Made by a program: the position numbers and the translations under genes. Source: Amoebophrya sp. A120 (Eukaryota > Protista > Dinoflagellata). From it: 64,000 nucleotides of DNA. The notes below the pieces were generated by a model. That model made no database searches, had not been told where the DNA came from, and saw only the letters and a list, made by a program, of their open reading frames with translations. Shown here piece after piece: positions 39,601 through 49,377 of this stretch; position 1 is the first letter of the stretch, and each line of letters starts with the position of its first letter. The stretch is taken from the NCBI GenBank assembly GCA_905178155.1, contig CAJINV010000013.1:2360281-2424280 (forward strand), given 5' to 3'.

Positions 39601-42435
39601 AGCCAAAACACAACACTTTCCCCCTCGGAGAACACTGACCTGGAGATCGCGACGGGCTACCAGGTTGGCGAGGACGGCGCGATGACGGTGGACCTGCACA
39701 TCGAAGATTTCGAGCGGTGGGACATGAGCTACTTTTCGCACCGCGTGGAAGTTGCGGTCACTTGCGATCACTGCTTCTTGCGTTCCCTGTCGCAAACGTC
39801 CGGGCTGCGGATGGAGGTCAGGGACGACACCGCCGCCAACAGCACGACCAAGCCGTTCGACGAACTTTCCGCGAAACTGGCCCTGGACCCGACTACGCCG
39901 CCGCTGTTGGAGAACCAGATGCGGAAGAAGTTTTTCTACGTCGCGGCGCCGCTGAAGTATTTGAACGAATTCTTGTCCCGCCTGGAGTACAAGCCGGACC
40001 GCAACTTCTTCGGCGTGGACCCGGTTTTGGTGCAGGCGAAAGACCCGACCGGGAAACTGTCGAATCGGATAGACATTCTGATCGACGTACAGCCGGTGCC
40101 CGACATCCCCGCGCTGATCTGTCCGCCGAGTCTGGAGCTAGACGAGAACGACTTCGACGACAACCCAGGCTTTGACAAATTGTTCCTCCGGGACAACGAC
40201 GTGCCGGAGGGCGAATCGGATGACAACTATCAAAAGGAAAAACCCCCCCTCCCCATATCGAAAAGGTATGCTTCCGAAAATTTGTGTTGCTGATTTCAGA
40301 CCACAAATCAAGTCTGTCTTGCAAGAAGACAAGCGCAGAAGCTTCCGCGCCATTATGGAAGCGATTTGGCATGCGGTTGGGCCTAGGGGAGAGCCGTTTT
40401 CAATGCTAAACAGCTAGACCCAAACGCCTCTACCTAGGCTGAGGATCTAGCTGCGATGCCGTATTGCAAGACAGCGCGCATTTGTGTACAGAAAACCAGC
40501 ATCAGAAACTTTCTCTCGATATGGGGAGGGGGGATTTTTCCTCACAATAGCAACGTGGTCTATTCCTTCACTGCGCAAGTCAGTGAGGGGTTCATTCGGT
40601 ACAATTCGAGTCTCGCGTTTATGGCGTTCTCAAATGTTACATTCTCAACTGCTACATAAATTTGTGATGCAAGAACGGCAAAAATGAAAGGGGGAAGATT
40701 GCGCCTTTCGCATTACAGATTTGGCACAGATTCAGATGCTGTTTAGTCCTTCGTAGATTTGCCATGCGAAGCAGCTTAATCGCGGCGATCTTGCTGGTAA
40801 ATTTGCATGACAAATCATGTAACAGTTGAGAATGTAACGTTTGAGAGTTCCATAGCGTTCCCGGAAATTCTGTCAACCGGTGGTGCTTCCAGTGCGGTAG
40901 AAACGATGCGGGTAGCCAACGACTCGGTGGTGGTGGAGCAGAACAAGCTGACCACAATCAACCGGCTCGCCGACATACGACAGGTAGAGGAATAGTGATT
41001 TTTATTCTACTTTCTTGATTAATATACCATACGCATGACCATGATGAGTTTTGATCCCCATGTAATTTCAATCATCATGCGCTCCCAGCCACTCTCGCTC
41101 GCAGTCGTTGAGTCTCTGCTCTCCCACTTTTTGTTTTGGGGTTCGGAGAATTTAGATCTGCTATAGGAAAAGATGGCATTTGTCTGTCGAGTGTGCCCTT
41201 GTCATGTACTATGGGTTGGCATTCGCCCTGGAAATGCCAGATACTTACTGCTCGAATTACGAGAATCAGCGCGAATGCATTTCCTGCACGCGTGCGAAAA
41301 GCGATCATTCCGACGGCCATTAACTTCAGGGTCCTGTCGATGGTTGATCACTGAGGATCGTTCCTGCGCAGATGTTGAGTCTCCGTGCTGCTTTTTCAGT
41401 GTAGCACGGAGAATTTAATTCTGCTAGAGAAAAAATGGTCTTTGTCTGTCGGTCCAGTGCGTTCCAAAAATCGCTGTGGCCGCCCTGGATGATCCAAACA
41501 ATTTTATTTCCCACTCGTTCTTGTGTTTGTCTTGTTGTCAGTTTTCTTGCATGTGCATCTACAATAAAATCTTTGGCGATGAACCAAAATCGATTGACCA
41601 CACCAAGACCAAACCACTTCTACAGATTCTGAAGGGTATGACCTACGAGGCATCCTCCAGCACCTTCCACGGTGTCGTGCTAGCAACCTTCAATGCCCAG
41701 AACGTGGCGCCGAACAGTTTGGCAATGGAGTGCAGTGCGGGCCTCCTCGTTCACCCGGTGAACACCGCGCCGACGGTTAGCTACACAGGACCGCTGACGG
41801 TCTCGAGGAAGACGAAATTGGGCTTGGGAATCAGCATTGCAGGTTTGATGTTCATCTTTTCGTATTCATGATGATCTTGCACGCAGTCGCAGTTGATTCG
41901 TGACCTTGTCAACAGCGAGTTCTATTTTCTAGATTGGTTTTCGCACCAAAACTGCATGCGAAATGACATCGACAACACATCAGGTCTGCGATTCGACGAC
42001 GTCGACTTTACTTCGGACCGGTTCAGCGACCGTCTCGGCGCCGTGCGGGTGGACCTGTCGGTCGGCGGTTTCCCGGCCGCCTGCAGCCCCACGCTCTCCC
42101 TGGCGGACGACAATTTCGACCGCATTCTGGGCATCCCCACGGAGAACATCGGGAGCACGGAAGGTCTGTCGTTCCTGGTCGGCAACGGGTGGAACGATGC
42201 GGTGCTGTCCATGGAGGGTTCGCTGCCGTACATGAACCGGCAGGTCGGGCGGCGGCTGCTGCTCGACGCGGGAGCCGCGAACGGCAACGGGAATTCTAAC
42301 GACTTGTACAACCAGCAAAGCACAATTCCCTGCACCACGGCCTTTTTGAACGTGACCGTCAACGACAAAGGCAACTTCGGCAAGGGCGCGCCGTTGGAGG
42401 CAAGTCTGTCGCTGCTGTTCACTATCGTGGCGTAA
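615..42435 (+). CDS. Giant (about 11,500 aa in window, N-terminus upstream) multidomain extracellular/adhesin-like protein; 29 exons in window
   Basis: Reconstructed exons (one TSD copy kept): 615-1363, 1578-2829, 3087-3196, 3475-3689, 3910-7180, 7401-11029, 11345-11389, 11615-12705, 12869-14452, 14596-19989, 20154-24192, 24460-24536, 24767-27548, 27853-28322, 28503-28706, 28975-29554, 29721-30242, 30527-30581, 31024-32334, 32665-33010, 33278-35281, 35548-36374, 36648-38275, 38560-38607, 38778-40227, 40555-40619, 40860-40983, 41626-41842, 41984-42435 (TAA). Total 34,541 nt, with frame continuous across every junction. There are 26 TIR introns and GT-AG introns at 40984-41625 and 41843-41983. 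The recurring motif G....LN.AL..L.Y.P..NF.G.D...V.PV.DAP resembles Ig/cadherin-like repeats. Junctions can slide up to 5 nt within each TSD. Confidence 0.85.
1364..1572. mobile_element. TIR intron (singleton family), 209 bp
   Basis: TIR TATCCAAGAAAAAAACGATGTTAGTGTAAC / GTTACACTTACACAGTTTTTTGCTTGCATA; TSD TTCAG/TCCAG; removing 214 nt keeps frame (FQ|ISV). Confidence 0.85.
2830..3081. mobile_element. TIR intron family A, 252 bp
   Basis: TATGCATTGCAAATAGGTCTGGGTCTGG...CAGACATATCTGCATTTGATA; TSD GAAGC/AAAGC; frame restored (GKPMNI). Confidence 0.88.
3197..3469. mobile_element. TIR intron family A, 273 bp (opposite orientation to 28707)
   Basis: Perfect TSD AAACG; TIR ...AAAAATGTCTGGGTCTGGAAG; frame restored (WKT|AID). 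Confidence 0.92.
3690..3904. mobile_element. TIR intron (singleton), 215 bp
   Basis: TIR TATCG..GAAAA..TG.TTCACTGTAA; perfect TSD ATGAA; frame restored (ENMNWD). Confidence 0.9.
7181..7395. mobile_element. TIR intron family E, 215 bp
   Basis: TIR TATGA..GTGCAC..CTC.CCCTCAT; perfect TSD CCTTG; frame restored (EPL|RVL). Confidence 0.92.
11030..11339. mobile_element. TIR intron (singleton), 310 bp
   Basis: TIR TATGG(A/G)AGTGTCAG; perfect TSD CTGGA; frame restored (ELEVSR). Confidence 0.92.
11390..11609. mobile_element. TIR intron family E, 220 bp (reverse orientation to 7181)
   Basis: Perfect TSD AACGG; interior TGCACAGGCTCCACGTGTGCTGGTGT is the reverse complement of the 7181 interior; frame restored (SNGVY). 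Confidence 0.92.
12706..12863. mobile_element. TIR intron family B, 158 bp, degenerate TSD
   Basis: TACGCATTGCAAAGGTATCGT / ACGATACTTTTGCACAGGATA; TSD GACTT/ATTTT (3 mismatches); removing 163 nt keeps frame. Confidence 0.75.
14453..14590. mobile_element. TIR intron family B, 138 bp
   Basis: Right end CGATGCTTTTGCAATGCATA, left end diverged; perfect TSD CACGG; frame restored (RGTEGK). Confidence 0.88.
19990..20148. mobile_element. TIR intron family B, 159 bp
   Basis: TATGCATGGCAAAAGTA...TACTTTTGCAGAGTATA; TSD GAAGC/GAATC; frame restored (LKRNDF). Confidence 0.85.
24193..24454. mobile_element. TIR intron family A, 262 bp
   Basis: Perfect TIR TATCAACTGTAAAAATGTCTGGGTCTGGAAGA; perfect TSD CACCT; frame restored (FHLAPS). 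Confidence 0.95.
24537..24761. mobile_element. TIR intron (singleton), 225 bp
   Basis: TIR TAT....AGAA.AAAGTT.GTCAC..TCAC; perfect TSD GCAGA; frame restored (LQRQAL). Confidence 0.9.
25660..26260 (+). other. Laminin-G / concanavalin-A-like domain in the giant protein
   Basis: SFTIEFYYK...LPLDTWVHLAFVV...LYVD...FRIGG...QFRIYKRVL matches the LamG3/pentraxin-like pattern by eye. Confidence 0.7.
27549..27847. mobile_element. TIR intron family C, 299 bp
   Basis: TATCATGAGTAAAA...TTTTACTCAGGATA; TSD GGTGG/GATGG; can also be read as GT-AG 27545-27848; frame restored. Confidence 0.88.
28323..28497. mobile_element. TIR intron (family-B-related), 175 bp, degenerate TSD
   Basis: TATCGACTGCAACACTCGTATCATACTAGTGC / GCACGAGTACGATATGACTTTTGCAGTCCATA; TSD AGATG/AAGCG; removing 180 nt opens the otherwise unannotated exon 28503-28706 in frame. 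Confidence 0.8.
28707..28969. mobile_element. TIR intron family A, 263 bp
   Basis: Perfect TSD CGTTT; frame restored (LDVFVQ). Confidence 0.93.
29555..29715. mobile_element. TIR intron family B, 161 bp
   Basis: TATGCAATGCAAAAGCATCGTAC / GTACGATGCTTTTGCAGAGGATA; perfect TSD TTCGG; frame restored (LFGFPE). Confidence 0.92.
30243..30521. mobile_element. TIR intron family C, 279 bp
   Basis: TATCCTGAGTAAAAACGT...CCAGAGT TIR; perfect TSD GACTT; frame restored (NDFLVT). Confidence 0.92.
30582..31018. mobile_element. TIR intron family A, 437 bp, containing a 175-bp nested insertion
   Basis: Perfect TSD CGGAC; frame restored (PPDEIW); 437 minus 175 equals 262, the usual family-A size. Confidence 0.92.
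30794..30984. repeat. Nested insertion bounded by a 16-bp direct repeat, with two extra 23-bp tandem copies
   Basis: GCATGACAAATCTCAG at 30794-30809 and 30969-30984; TGGCGGAGCTTGGAAAAACTGCA at 30774, 30812 and 30835. Confidence 0.9.
32335..32659. mobile_element. TIR intron family D, 325 bp
   Basis: TIR TAT...AGGAAAAATCCCCC..CCCCATATC; perfect TSD AGATG; frame restored (LQMNAE). Confidence 0.93.
33011..33272. mobile_element. TIR intron family A, 262 bp
   Basis: Perfect TSD CGCGT; frame restored (DAFLVK). Confidence 0.93.
35282..35542. mobile_element. TIR intron family A, 261 bp
   Basis: Perfect TSD CGTGT; frame restored (KHVYDV). Confidence 0.93.
36375..36642. mobile_element. TIR intron family A, 268 bp
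   Basis: Perfect TSD CAGTC; frame restored (LTVTTS). Confidence 0.92.
38276..38554. mobile_element. TIR intron family C, 279 bp
   Basis: TATCCTAAGCAAAAACGTCCCCAC / GTGGGGACGTTTTTACTCAGGATA; TSD TTGTT/CTGTT; frame restored (RLFYQI). Confidence 0.9.
38608..38772. mobile_element. TIR intron (singleton), 165 bp
   Basis: 33-bp TIR TATC.CACAGAAAAAA.CTGGCAGG.CATATTT; perfect TSD AGATC; frame restored (WARSGL). Confidence 0.93.
40228..40549. mobile_element. TIR intron family D, 322 bp (reverse orientation to 32335 and 56542)
   Basis: TSD ACAAC/GCAAC; interior is the reverse complement of 32335; frame restored (DDNVVY). Confidence 0.92.
40620..40854. mobile_element. TIR intron (singleton), 235 bp
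   Basis: TIR TATGG...TCTCAAA.GTTACATTCTCAACTG; perfect TSD GCGTT; frame restored (LAFPEI). Confidence 0.93.
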
Positions 42436-44245
42436 GGGATGGGGGGATAGGATTTTGGAAGAAAGTGGAGGAGAACATCATGCATTCAATTTTCGGGCGG
42501 ATGCAGGAAGACGTCCGATAACCCGTCCACAAGGCTTCATGCCGAGGCGGAACAAGCTAGGAATTTGATCAGAACCACACGCACAAGCAAGCCAAAGGAA
42601 ATATTCAATATGACAATTACCAGATCCAGGAGCAGTATGGGAAATACTTATCACGTTAGCAGTAGCACCAAAATCGAACTATGTATTGTTTCTAACTACG
42701 TAGCAGCTGCTAGCATAGCTAGCAGACCGATCCCAGCAATTGGTGAGGACTTTTATGTTTGTTTCGAGAAATCTTTACGTCGTGCCACAGCGGTATGTTT
42801 TGCTTTACTTTTTTTGTCGTTCAGGTTGTGAATTAGTACTTTGTTCAAAACTAAATACCATCTTGGTCCTTGTCCCTTCAGTTTCGATTTTGCTGGACAA
42901 GAAAATTCCTGTAAATCACTTTGGATATAAACTTACAAAGAACATGCATTACTTCGAAAAGAAGCGTACGCTTAGAAGACCTAGGCCGTTGTGGCGAGAT
43001 ACATCTTGTCGATAAGTAGAAGACTGAATTCGTGACATTCGATTTTTACTCAATACGAAATTCCGCCTATAGCCCAAAATTTAAAGATTTAATTAGTTCA
43101 ACAGGGGATCGGAAATTTTCTGGTCCCATCCACAAGGTATCGATGGTTTTTTTCATTTGGTTTCAGGTACCCAGCCACAATGTTACTGCTCATGTAGCTC
43201 TGTTCATCTTTTGTCGTAACTGGGCGCCGTGCAGGGCGTGGAGCACTGCCGGGCGTCGACTTCGCGTTCGCTCCAGGAAGGTTAAATTGGTCATCCTTGC
43301 GTAGAGCCGCAGCCGCACGATGCGTTTCTCGTCTCTGTGTTACACAGATTAGACGCACTGCAAGTAAAAAATGTACAAGAATAGAAAGCGGCTAAAAATG
43401 CAGCCTCACGGGGCACGACGGGACGGCATAGTGGAGCCGATTTCATGGGTGATGTGTTGAGAAGCCTCGTTCCAGTTGGCGATGCTACGCGACTGAGCCT
43501 GCTCTGCCGCAGACTATTGACAAATAAGTAGAACTGCGAACGTTCTCTCTCTCGCGCCCACTCCGGCCACGGCATGCACGAGTGATTGTGACTTGGTGGG
43601 GGATTTTGCTTATTTCAGAGTGAAAAGGGATAGGGATACGGAAGACGGTTGAGCGATAATTGAAGCTTCAATTAACCTAAAGTGAGGACGAGAACGTCGG
43701 TGAAGAACGCGGACACCGGAGTGCAGGCTTCAGTCGATGAGCGCGTGCACGACACGAGCGAGTAGGTGCACGACCTAAGTAAAAGCTGTTCGTCCTGCTC
43801 CTGGTAGTCGATGCAAAAATACTAGTACAACCCGGTACTACATGAAAGATTTTTTACGTTGAACACCAGCAGAGACATGAAAGCACGCGGCCGTTGCGCG
43901 CTTCTTTGCACCGGAACAAAGGATTTGTAAAAGCCCGTGGCTAGTGCAACGCGAGTACGACGGACTGTGACCTCCGCTCGGTGCGTTAGTTGTCACGCGT
44001 GCTGCCGAACGCCGGAACGTGAGGGAGGCGAAGCAGCGCCGCGCTTCGTCCGGCGCAGAGTTTTCACTTCGTTGCTCACGCTGCTGTGAAGATCGTTAGA
44101 AGGACTGCTAGGAGCACAGGAAAGTAGTTTCGAGGAGACCTGAAGATCCTGCCGGAGCTCCTCTGGGTTTATTTCAGAAGCTACAACTACCTCGACCTCC
44201 CACGACCTTGCCTAGTGCGTACGAATCACCATCTCCACCGCCATC

Positions 44246-46977
44246 ATGACGCACCAGGGTATGGAGTACTGCCCACTGAAGGGCTCGGTCCCCCCGATCC
44301 GTCCGGGCGCAAAACTGTTGGGCAACGATCCGTACTACCTGGTTAGCCCTACTTCGTTCGCCGTGGGCACCGTGAAGCAGGACGCGGTCAAGTGGCGCAA
44401 CGTCGCGTTTGACGGGGGCGAGCCGCCCGCGCGAGTGTCTTTTGTTCCGTTTCTCGTGCACATCGACAACCGGCCCTTCGTGTTCGTTTTCGGAGGGCAG
44501 CTGGTGGAGGAGGTGGTGCCGACCCTGAAAGACGACAACGACGGCGGCGAGTTTGGCGGCTTGCAGCGCGGAAAGAAGAAAAAGGAGGAGCCACCGAAGC
44601 TGCGGTTCACGCCCAGCACGAAAATGTACTGCTGTGACGTGGAACAGCGCGCGTGGAGGTCCGTGCGCATGAAGGACCCCACGCCCGCACCCAGGGCCTT
44701 CGCGACGGCCGCAGTCATGGAAAGGAGTAAGCAGTGTACGGGTTGTAGTTCAAAAGTTCTTTTCGATGTGGTTCTAGTTCATCTACATCGAATAAGTTTT
44801 TGATTGCTTGGTACTATCATAAACGTGTGAAGACGAGGGGAAGAAATAATCATCTCTCATCTTCTGCTTTATTGACACCCCAAGGGTTCTTCTGCTTTTC
44901 TGTTCCACAGGTCAGTGCGCCGTGATCGCGTTTGGGCAGGGGTTGCCGGAGAACCTGAAGCTGGCGGACAGCTGGGTGTTCGACTACTCGAAGGCTACCA
45001 TCTCCTTTCCAGACATCGAGAACTGCTTTTGGCGCAAGATCTACACCGAGCAGCACGCGTATGACGAGCCGCAGCCCGGGCCGCGGCTGCAGCCCGCGAG
45101 CATGTTTCTCCCCACGCCGAAGGGGGACGCCGAGGAGATGCTGATCTTCGGCGGGCAGGTGGGCGATGTCGGGGCGAACAGCGACGCCGTCTGCGACGAC
45201 ATGTGGAAACTTGATATCAAGCAGGAAAAGTGGGTACCGGTGAAATACGCCGGCTATTACCCGGGTGCGAGGAGGGACGCCTACTTTGTGCAGGCCAGCC
45301 CGACGGAGGTGCTTTTCGTCGGCGGTAGCGCGGAGTTGCTCGCGCCAAACGCCAGTTCCGACGTCGTGGGCAACATCAGCTCACCACCTCCGAGTCCAAA
45401 AAGCGGCACGGTTGCGGGGAACCAGGTTGGTCTTGTTTTCGGCTTTTCTTGGACAGCGTCGTGCAAAAGTTTTTTGTCCTTTTTACGGATGGAAACAAGA
45501 ATAAGTACCCATCGTTGTGCAAGTTTCACGTAAGGCGCAAAATAACAAGCGTATTCATCAATTTTTCATACCACAGTCGACCCAGTTTTCCAGCAATCTA
45601 GGGGCAGCAGTCGCGATAGACCAGTGTCTGGAGACGTTAGTGTTCGACACGGAGCTCGCAATTTTCACCCGGCCGGCCATCGGCTTCCTCCCGAAGAACG
45701 TGCCCGGGAAGGCTTTGTTTCTGGGTAACAAGCTGCCGTGTCTCTTTATGAGCAAGAAGACGAAACACGGGTACATCCAGTATCCCGCCCCGAAAAAACC
45801 GCCACCAAAACGGGAGGAGCCGACCGAGGAACTGACGCGCAACGACGCGGAGAGGATGCTTTTCAGAACGCGAAAGGAAATGGACGAATTAGAAAATGAG
45901 CTTCAGGTGGGTTACTTAAGTAGTACAGTTCCTTAGTATAATTTCCACGCGACGTCGCGTCCGTGTGAACAGCCAAGCGGGCCTTCTTGCTGCGGTTCCA
46001 ATTTGGTTTTTGATGTATGCGAAGAAGCAATCAGACTCTCGCTCGCTGCTGCGATAGCAAAACTATGCGTTTTTTGATTTCTTGATATGATCCCTATGGA
46101 TATCGATATATCAGGCCGTCTGCAAGGAGCGTCTGGACTTGCGGGCGCAGATTGAAGAGCTGCAGGCCGACGAGCAGCAGGAGGGAAAAATGGAGGCCAA
46201 CGATATGCATTGCAAACAGGTACCGCAGTCGTACAAGGTGCAGCTGTGGTGCATGACAGAAAGGCTTGTTAACCCAACTCAGGCTCAGCATCACGAAAGC
46301 AACGCTTTCTTCTGAAAAGATTTGTGATGCGATTTTACAACTGCGATACGATACCTTTTACGATTTGCATAACCGAGGCCTACAAGCAAATCGAGGAGTT
46401 GCGGCAAAAATTGCAGAAGGAGGAAGACCTGGAAACCGAGATCTTGCACTGGATCAAGGAGGAAACTACGTGGCGAAGGAATTTCAGCTACCTGAACCGG
46501 CAACTGAAAAACCTGATTGCCACTGCGGAAGCAAAGTACTTCAGCGAGCAACTGCTCGAAACCGCCGTGGAGAACGGTCTGGATTCCCTTCCCAGTCCGC
46601 AGGAGCCGCAAAGTAAGCTGGCCAAGAAAAAGTCCATGAGCGCGGAGCATTTGGCCGAAAACAAAATGAACGACTTCGAGAAGGACACGGAGGTCGCCTA
46701 CAAAACGCACGCGGAGCAGATACAAATGCTGCGGGAACTGCTGAAAACCTGTCCCGAGTACCGCGAACTGCTGCAGCTGTCGAAAATCCGGGCGCAGCAG
46801 AAAAAAACCCGAAAGTCGGTGATTGACAAGCAGATGCCGCCCGAGTTTCTGGCGCAGATCAGCGGCGCGGGCGGGGGCAACGCGAGCAGTGCCGCGAGTC
46901 GGAAGAACAGCAGCGCGAGCGGCGGAGGTGCGGGCAGCGTGTCGTCCAGGAAAAACTCGACCGGATCCGCGGGGTAA
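44246..46977 (+). CDS. Kelch-repeat (beta-propeller) protein with C-terminal coiled coil
   Basis: Exons 44246-44726, 44911-45425, 45577-45906, 46115-46203, 46377-46977; three GT-AG introns and one TIR intron. Kelch motifs PPARVS..FVFGG, PAPRAFATA, PGPR...LIFGG...DDMWKLD...W and PGARRD...LFVGG. Confidence 0.8.
46204..46371. mobile_element. TIR intron family B, 168 bp
   Basis: TATGCATTGCAAA...TTTGCATA; TSD AACGA/ACCGA; frame restored (ANEAYK). Confidence 0.85.
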
Positions 46978-47749
46978 GGGTCCTCGTCGTTAGTATTCGG
47001 ATTTCCATGGAGAAGAAGAAATGCACACATATATGATCCGCTGAAGTGTTAAAGTAGAGTGTTTCTGCAGCTGAAACAACTGCTAGCGGACGTTGACGAT
47101 CCACAAGCTGCTGGAAACACGCATCAATGGAACATCCTGACGGTGAGTGTTGAGCCTTGCACTGCCAGTCAGTGAGTGAGTCCCTGGACAAGAAGTCGAA
47201 CGCAAAGTGTTCTCAAAGAAAAAAGATAAAAGAAATTTATTAAAATATTTTGACATGGATGGCCGGCGTGGACGTTCTCTGTGAAGTTAGTTTTGAAATT
47301 GTGCCAAATCGAAAACTTTCAAGTTCCAAAGCAGCAGATCAAGTACCTGATAGGCGTGATATTTATATTCGACGCTTCATCTACATCGCCGCTCTCAGTA
47401 CAGTTCCCTCCAACACCAGATCCGCTTTTCTTTTGATCTGCACGGACGCTCGTCCATGCCCCATTTGATTGGTCCAAAAGTAGATCTGCTTTTTAGATCG
47501 CTCCTGATCATCTTCTAGCGATCTTCTAGCAAAAATAGCACAAGCACTTACCATGTAATTATGCAACAATACGAGTAGCTTACGCTTACCCGGGACCTCC
47601 TACACAGCGACAATTTTTACCAGTGAAGCTCAGAATAACGTTGATGTAAAAGGAAAAGCTAGATTTATCATTTTCATTAAGCGTTCACATCGATCGCAAT
47701 TTTCATTTCTTGATCCAGCAACTTACTACCGAAGACATTAGAAAACAAA

Positions 47750-48034
47750 ATGACGGCAGTTCTCTCCGGCTCGACGATTGACTCGGAACAGGAGGCTATC
47801 AAAGTTTCCCTGGACCAGTTTTTCAAGGATACGCTGTCATTCACCACCGAGTTCTACACCGGGACGGGTGAGGAGTCCGAGCCGCTGCTGAAGCTCGTTT
47901 TCGATTTCTGTAACGAGAAAGAGGCAAAGGTCGTTCCTCTGGGCGGCGGAATCTGCAGGATCACGAAAAAAGGCGCGCCAGAGCAGCAGGAGGCAGGCGG
48001 CGCTCCTGGGGAAGACGATTCCGATGAGGAGTAA
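47750..48034 (+). CDS. Small acidic hypothetical protein (94 aa)
   Basis: AAAAATG context and GC3-rich codon usage like neighbouring genes, flanked by AT-richer DNA; no family recognised. Confidence 0.6.
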   Translation: MTAVLSGSTIDSEQEAIKVSLDQFFKDTLSFTTEFYTGTGEESEPLLKLVFDFCNEKEAKVVPLGGGICRITKKGAPEQQEAGGAPGEDDSDEE

Positions 48035-48712
48035 AGATAGGGTACGAAGATCATGTTCTTGTTTCACTAGAACGAGGGGTCTCGGTGAGGACGACCCTGT
48101 GCGACTACACGAGCAAGAACTACTATTGGAATTCTCTGTTGATGACAATTATTGACGAGAAAGTAAATGGCTTGCGCTTGCGCCGTTTATCTGACCACGC
48201 GACTAAACGGACGACACTGCTCGTAGCTTGGAATCCATCGTGTAGCTGTTGCTACTTCAATCGCAGTATTTTTTGACGCGATTTCGTCTCGTCCGCAGAA
48301 GAATACCAACTGCGGATGATCATGCAGGTGTTCAACTTCAAGCTCAGGGTGTTTGTATCAGAGACTGGCTGTGGTCTATGGTTTCGGTCGTGAGCACCAC
48401 TACTCTTGCGCCGGGTCTATGATATCGTGCGTTCCCTCCTGGCGACTGGCTCGCTGTGCACTTGTTTTAGTTTTTTGCGCTGTATCCAGTTCTCTGTTCC
48501 CAGTCTATTAATCGATTTTGGTAGGTGATTGGTTCGTTCCTTTGCATAGATTCTATAAATATCCCTCAGAACCGTTTTCAAAATCCCACCTGTTGGCAGC
48601 GAGGCCGCACTCGGACAGCCACGCGTATTTGTTGTTTCTACCTGAACGCGTGTATCTCTCACTCCGATATTACTGCTTGCTATCTGCTTCAAAACCACTA
48701 CCCAAACGAACC

Positions 48713-49377
48713 ATGGCGACCGGTCCTTCCGCTAAGGCTCCTCTGGAGACCCCTCTGCTTCAATCCTCGGCCCAATCCAAAGCGGAGAAGGGGCCGACAC
48801 TTATCTTCGATGGGGTCTGCAATTTGTGCAACGGCGCCATGCATTGGTACTTTGACCGATTACCCCCGGACAACGTGGAAAAGGTAAACTTCATGTGGCT
48901 GCAGCACCCGGTTACGCAGGAGGTTCTGGACAAATTTGAAATCACCAACATCCAGGATTCGTGGGCCTACTTTGAGGACGGAGAGGTGAGCAGGGGGAGC
49001 ACAGCATGGCTAAAGGTACCTACTACGTCGTTCTGACGAACCTTTTCCTTTTGCGGTTGCGCAGAATTTTTGCGCGGTCGTATTTTGTTTACCAAAGCAC
49101 ATAAGACAATCCTGTCCTGCTTTTCGCACATCGCAATCAACCGCAACATCTCATTCCAATGCCTCTGCAGGCGCTCCGCTTTCTGAAAGCGCCGTGGTGG
49201 ATACTTTCCTACCTTCTCATCTTTCCGGAGTGCCTGCGCGAACCTTTCTACAATCTGGTGGCGCGGAACCGTTATCGACTATTCGGGAAGGGTGACGTGT
49301 GCAAGCGACCAGCCGTGGCGCTGAAAAAGAGGTTTCTGCATGACACGGTGCCGCCCGCTGCGGTAAAAAACGAATAG
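48713..49377 (+). CDS. DCC-family (DUF393) thiol-disulfide oxidoreductase
   Basis: Exons 48713-49015 and 49171-49377 (GT-AG intron). Signature LIFDGVCNLCNG (DxxCxxC) and C-terminal YNLVARNRYRLFG. Confidence 0.88.

Noticed and set aside
40984-41625. Extra exon or TIR element inside the 642-bp canonical intron
   Set aside because: No TAT...ATA pair with a TSD and no GC3-biased frame was seen; the direct join reads RLADIRQILKGMTY, matching the protein's repeat motif.
615-42435. Reading the region as a pseudogene or as many separate genes disrupted by MITEs
   Set aside because: There is no stop or frameshift in 34.5 kb of exon once the elements are removed by a single rule, and the same rule restores conserved RSP3.
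1224-42485. Many minus-strand and alternate-frame ORFs of 60-320 aa overlapping the giant gene
   Set aside because: These are expected shadows of GC3-rich coding sequence; no recognisable domains.
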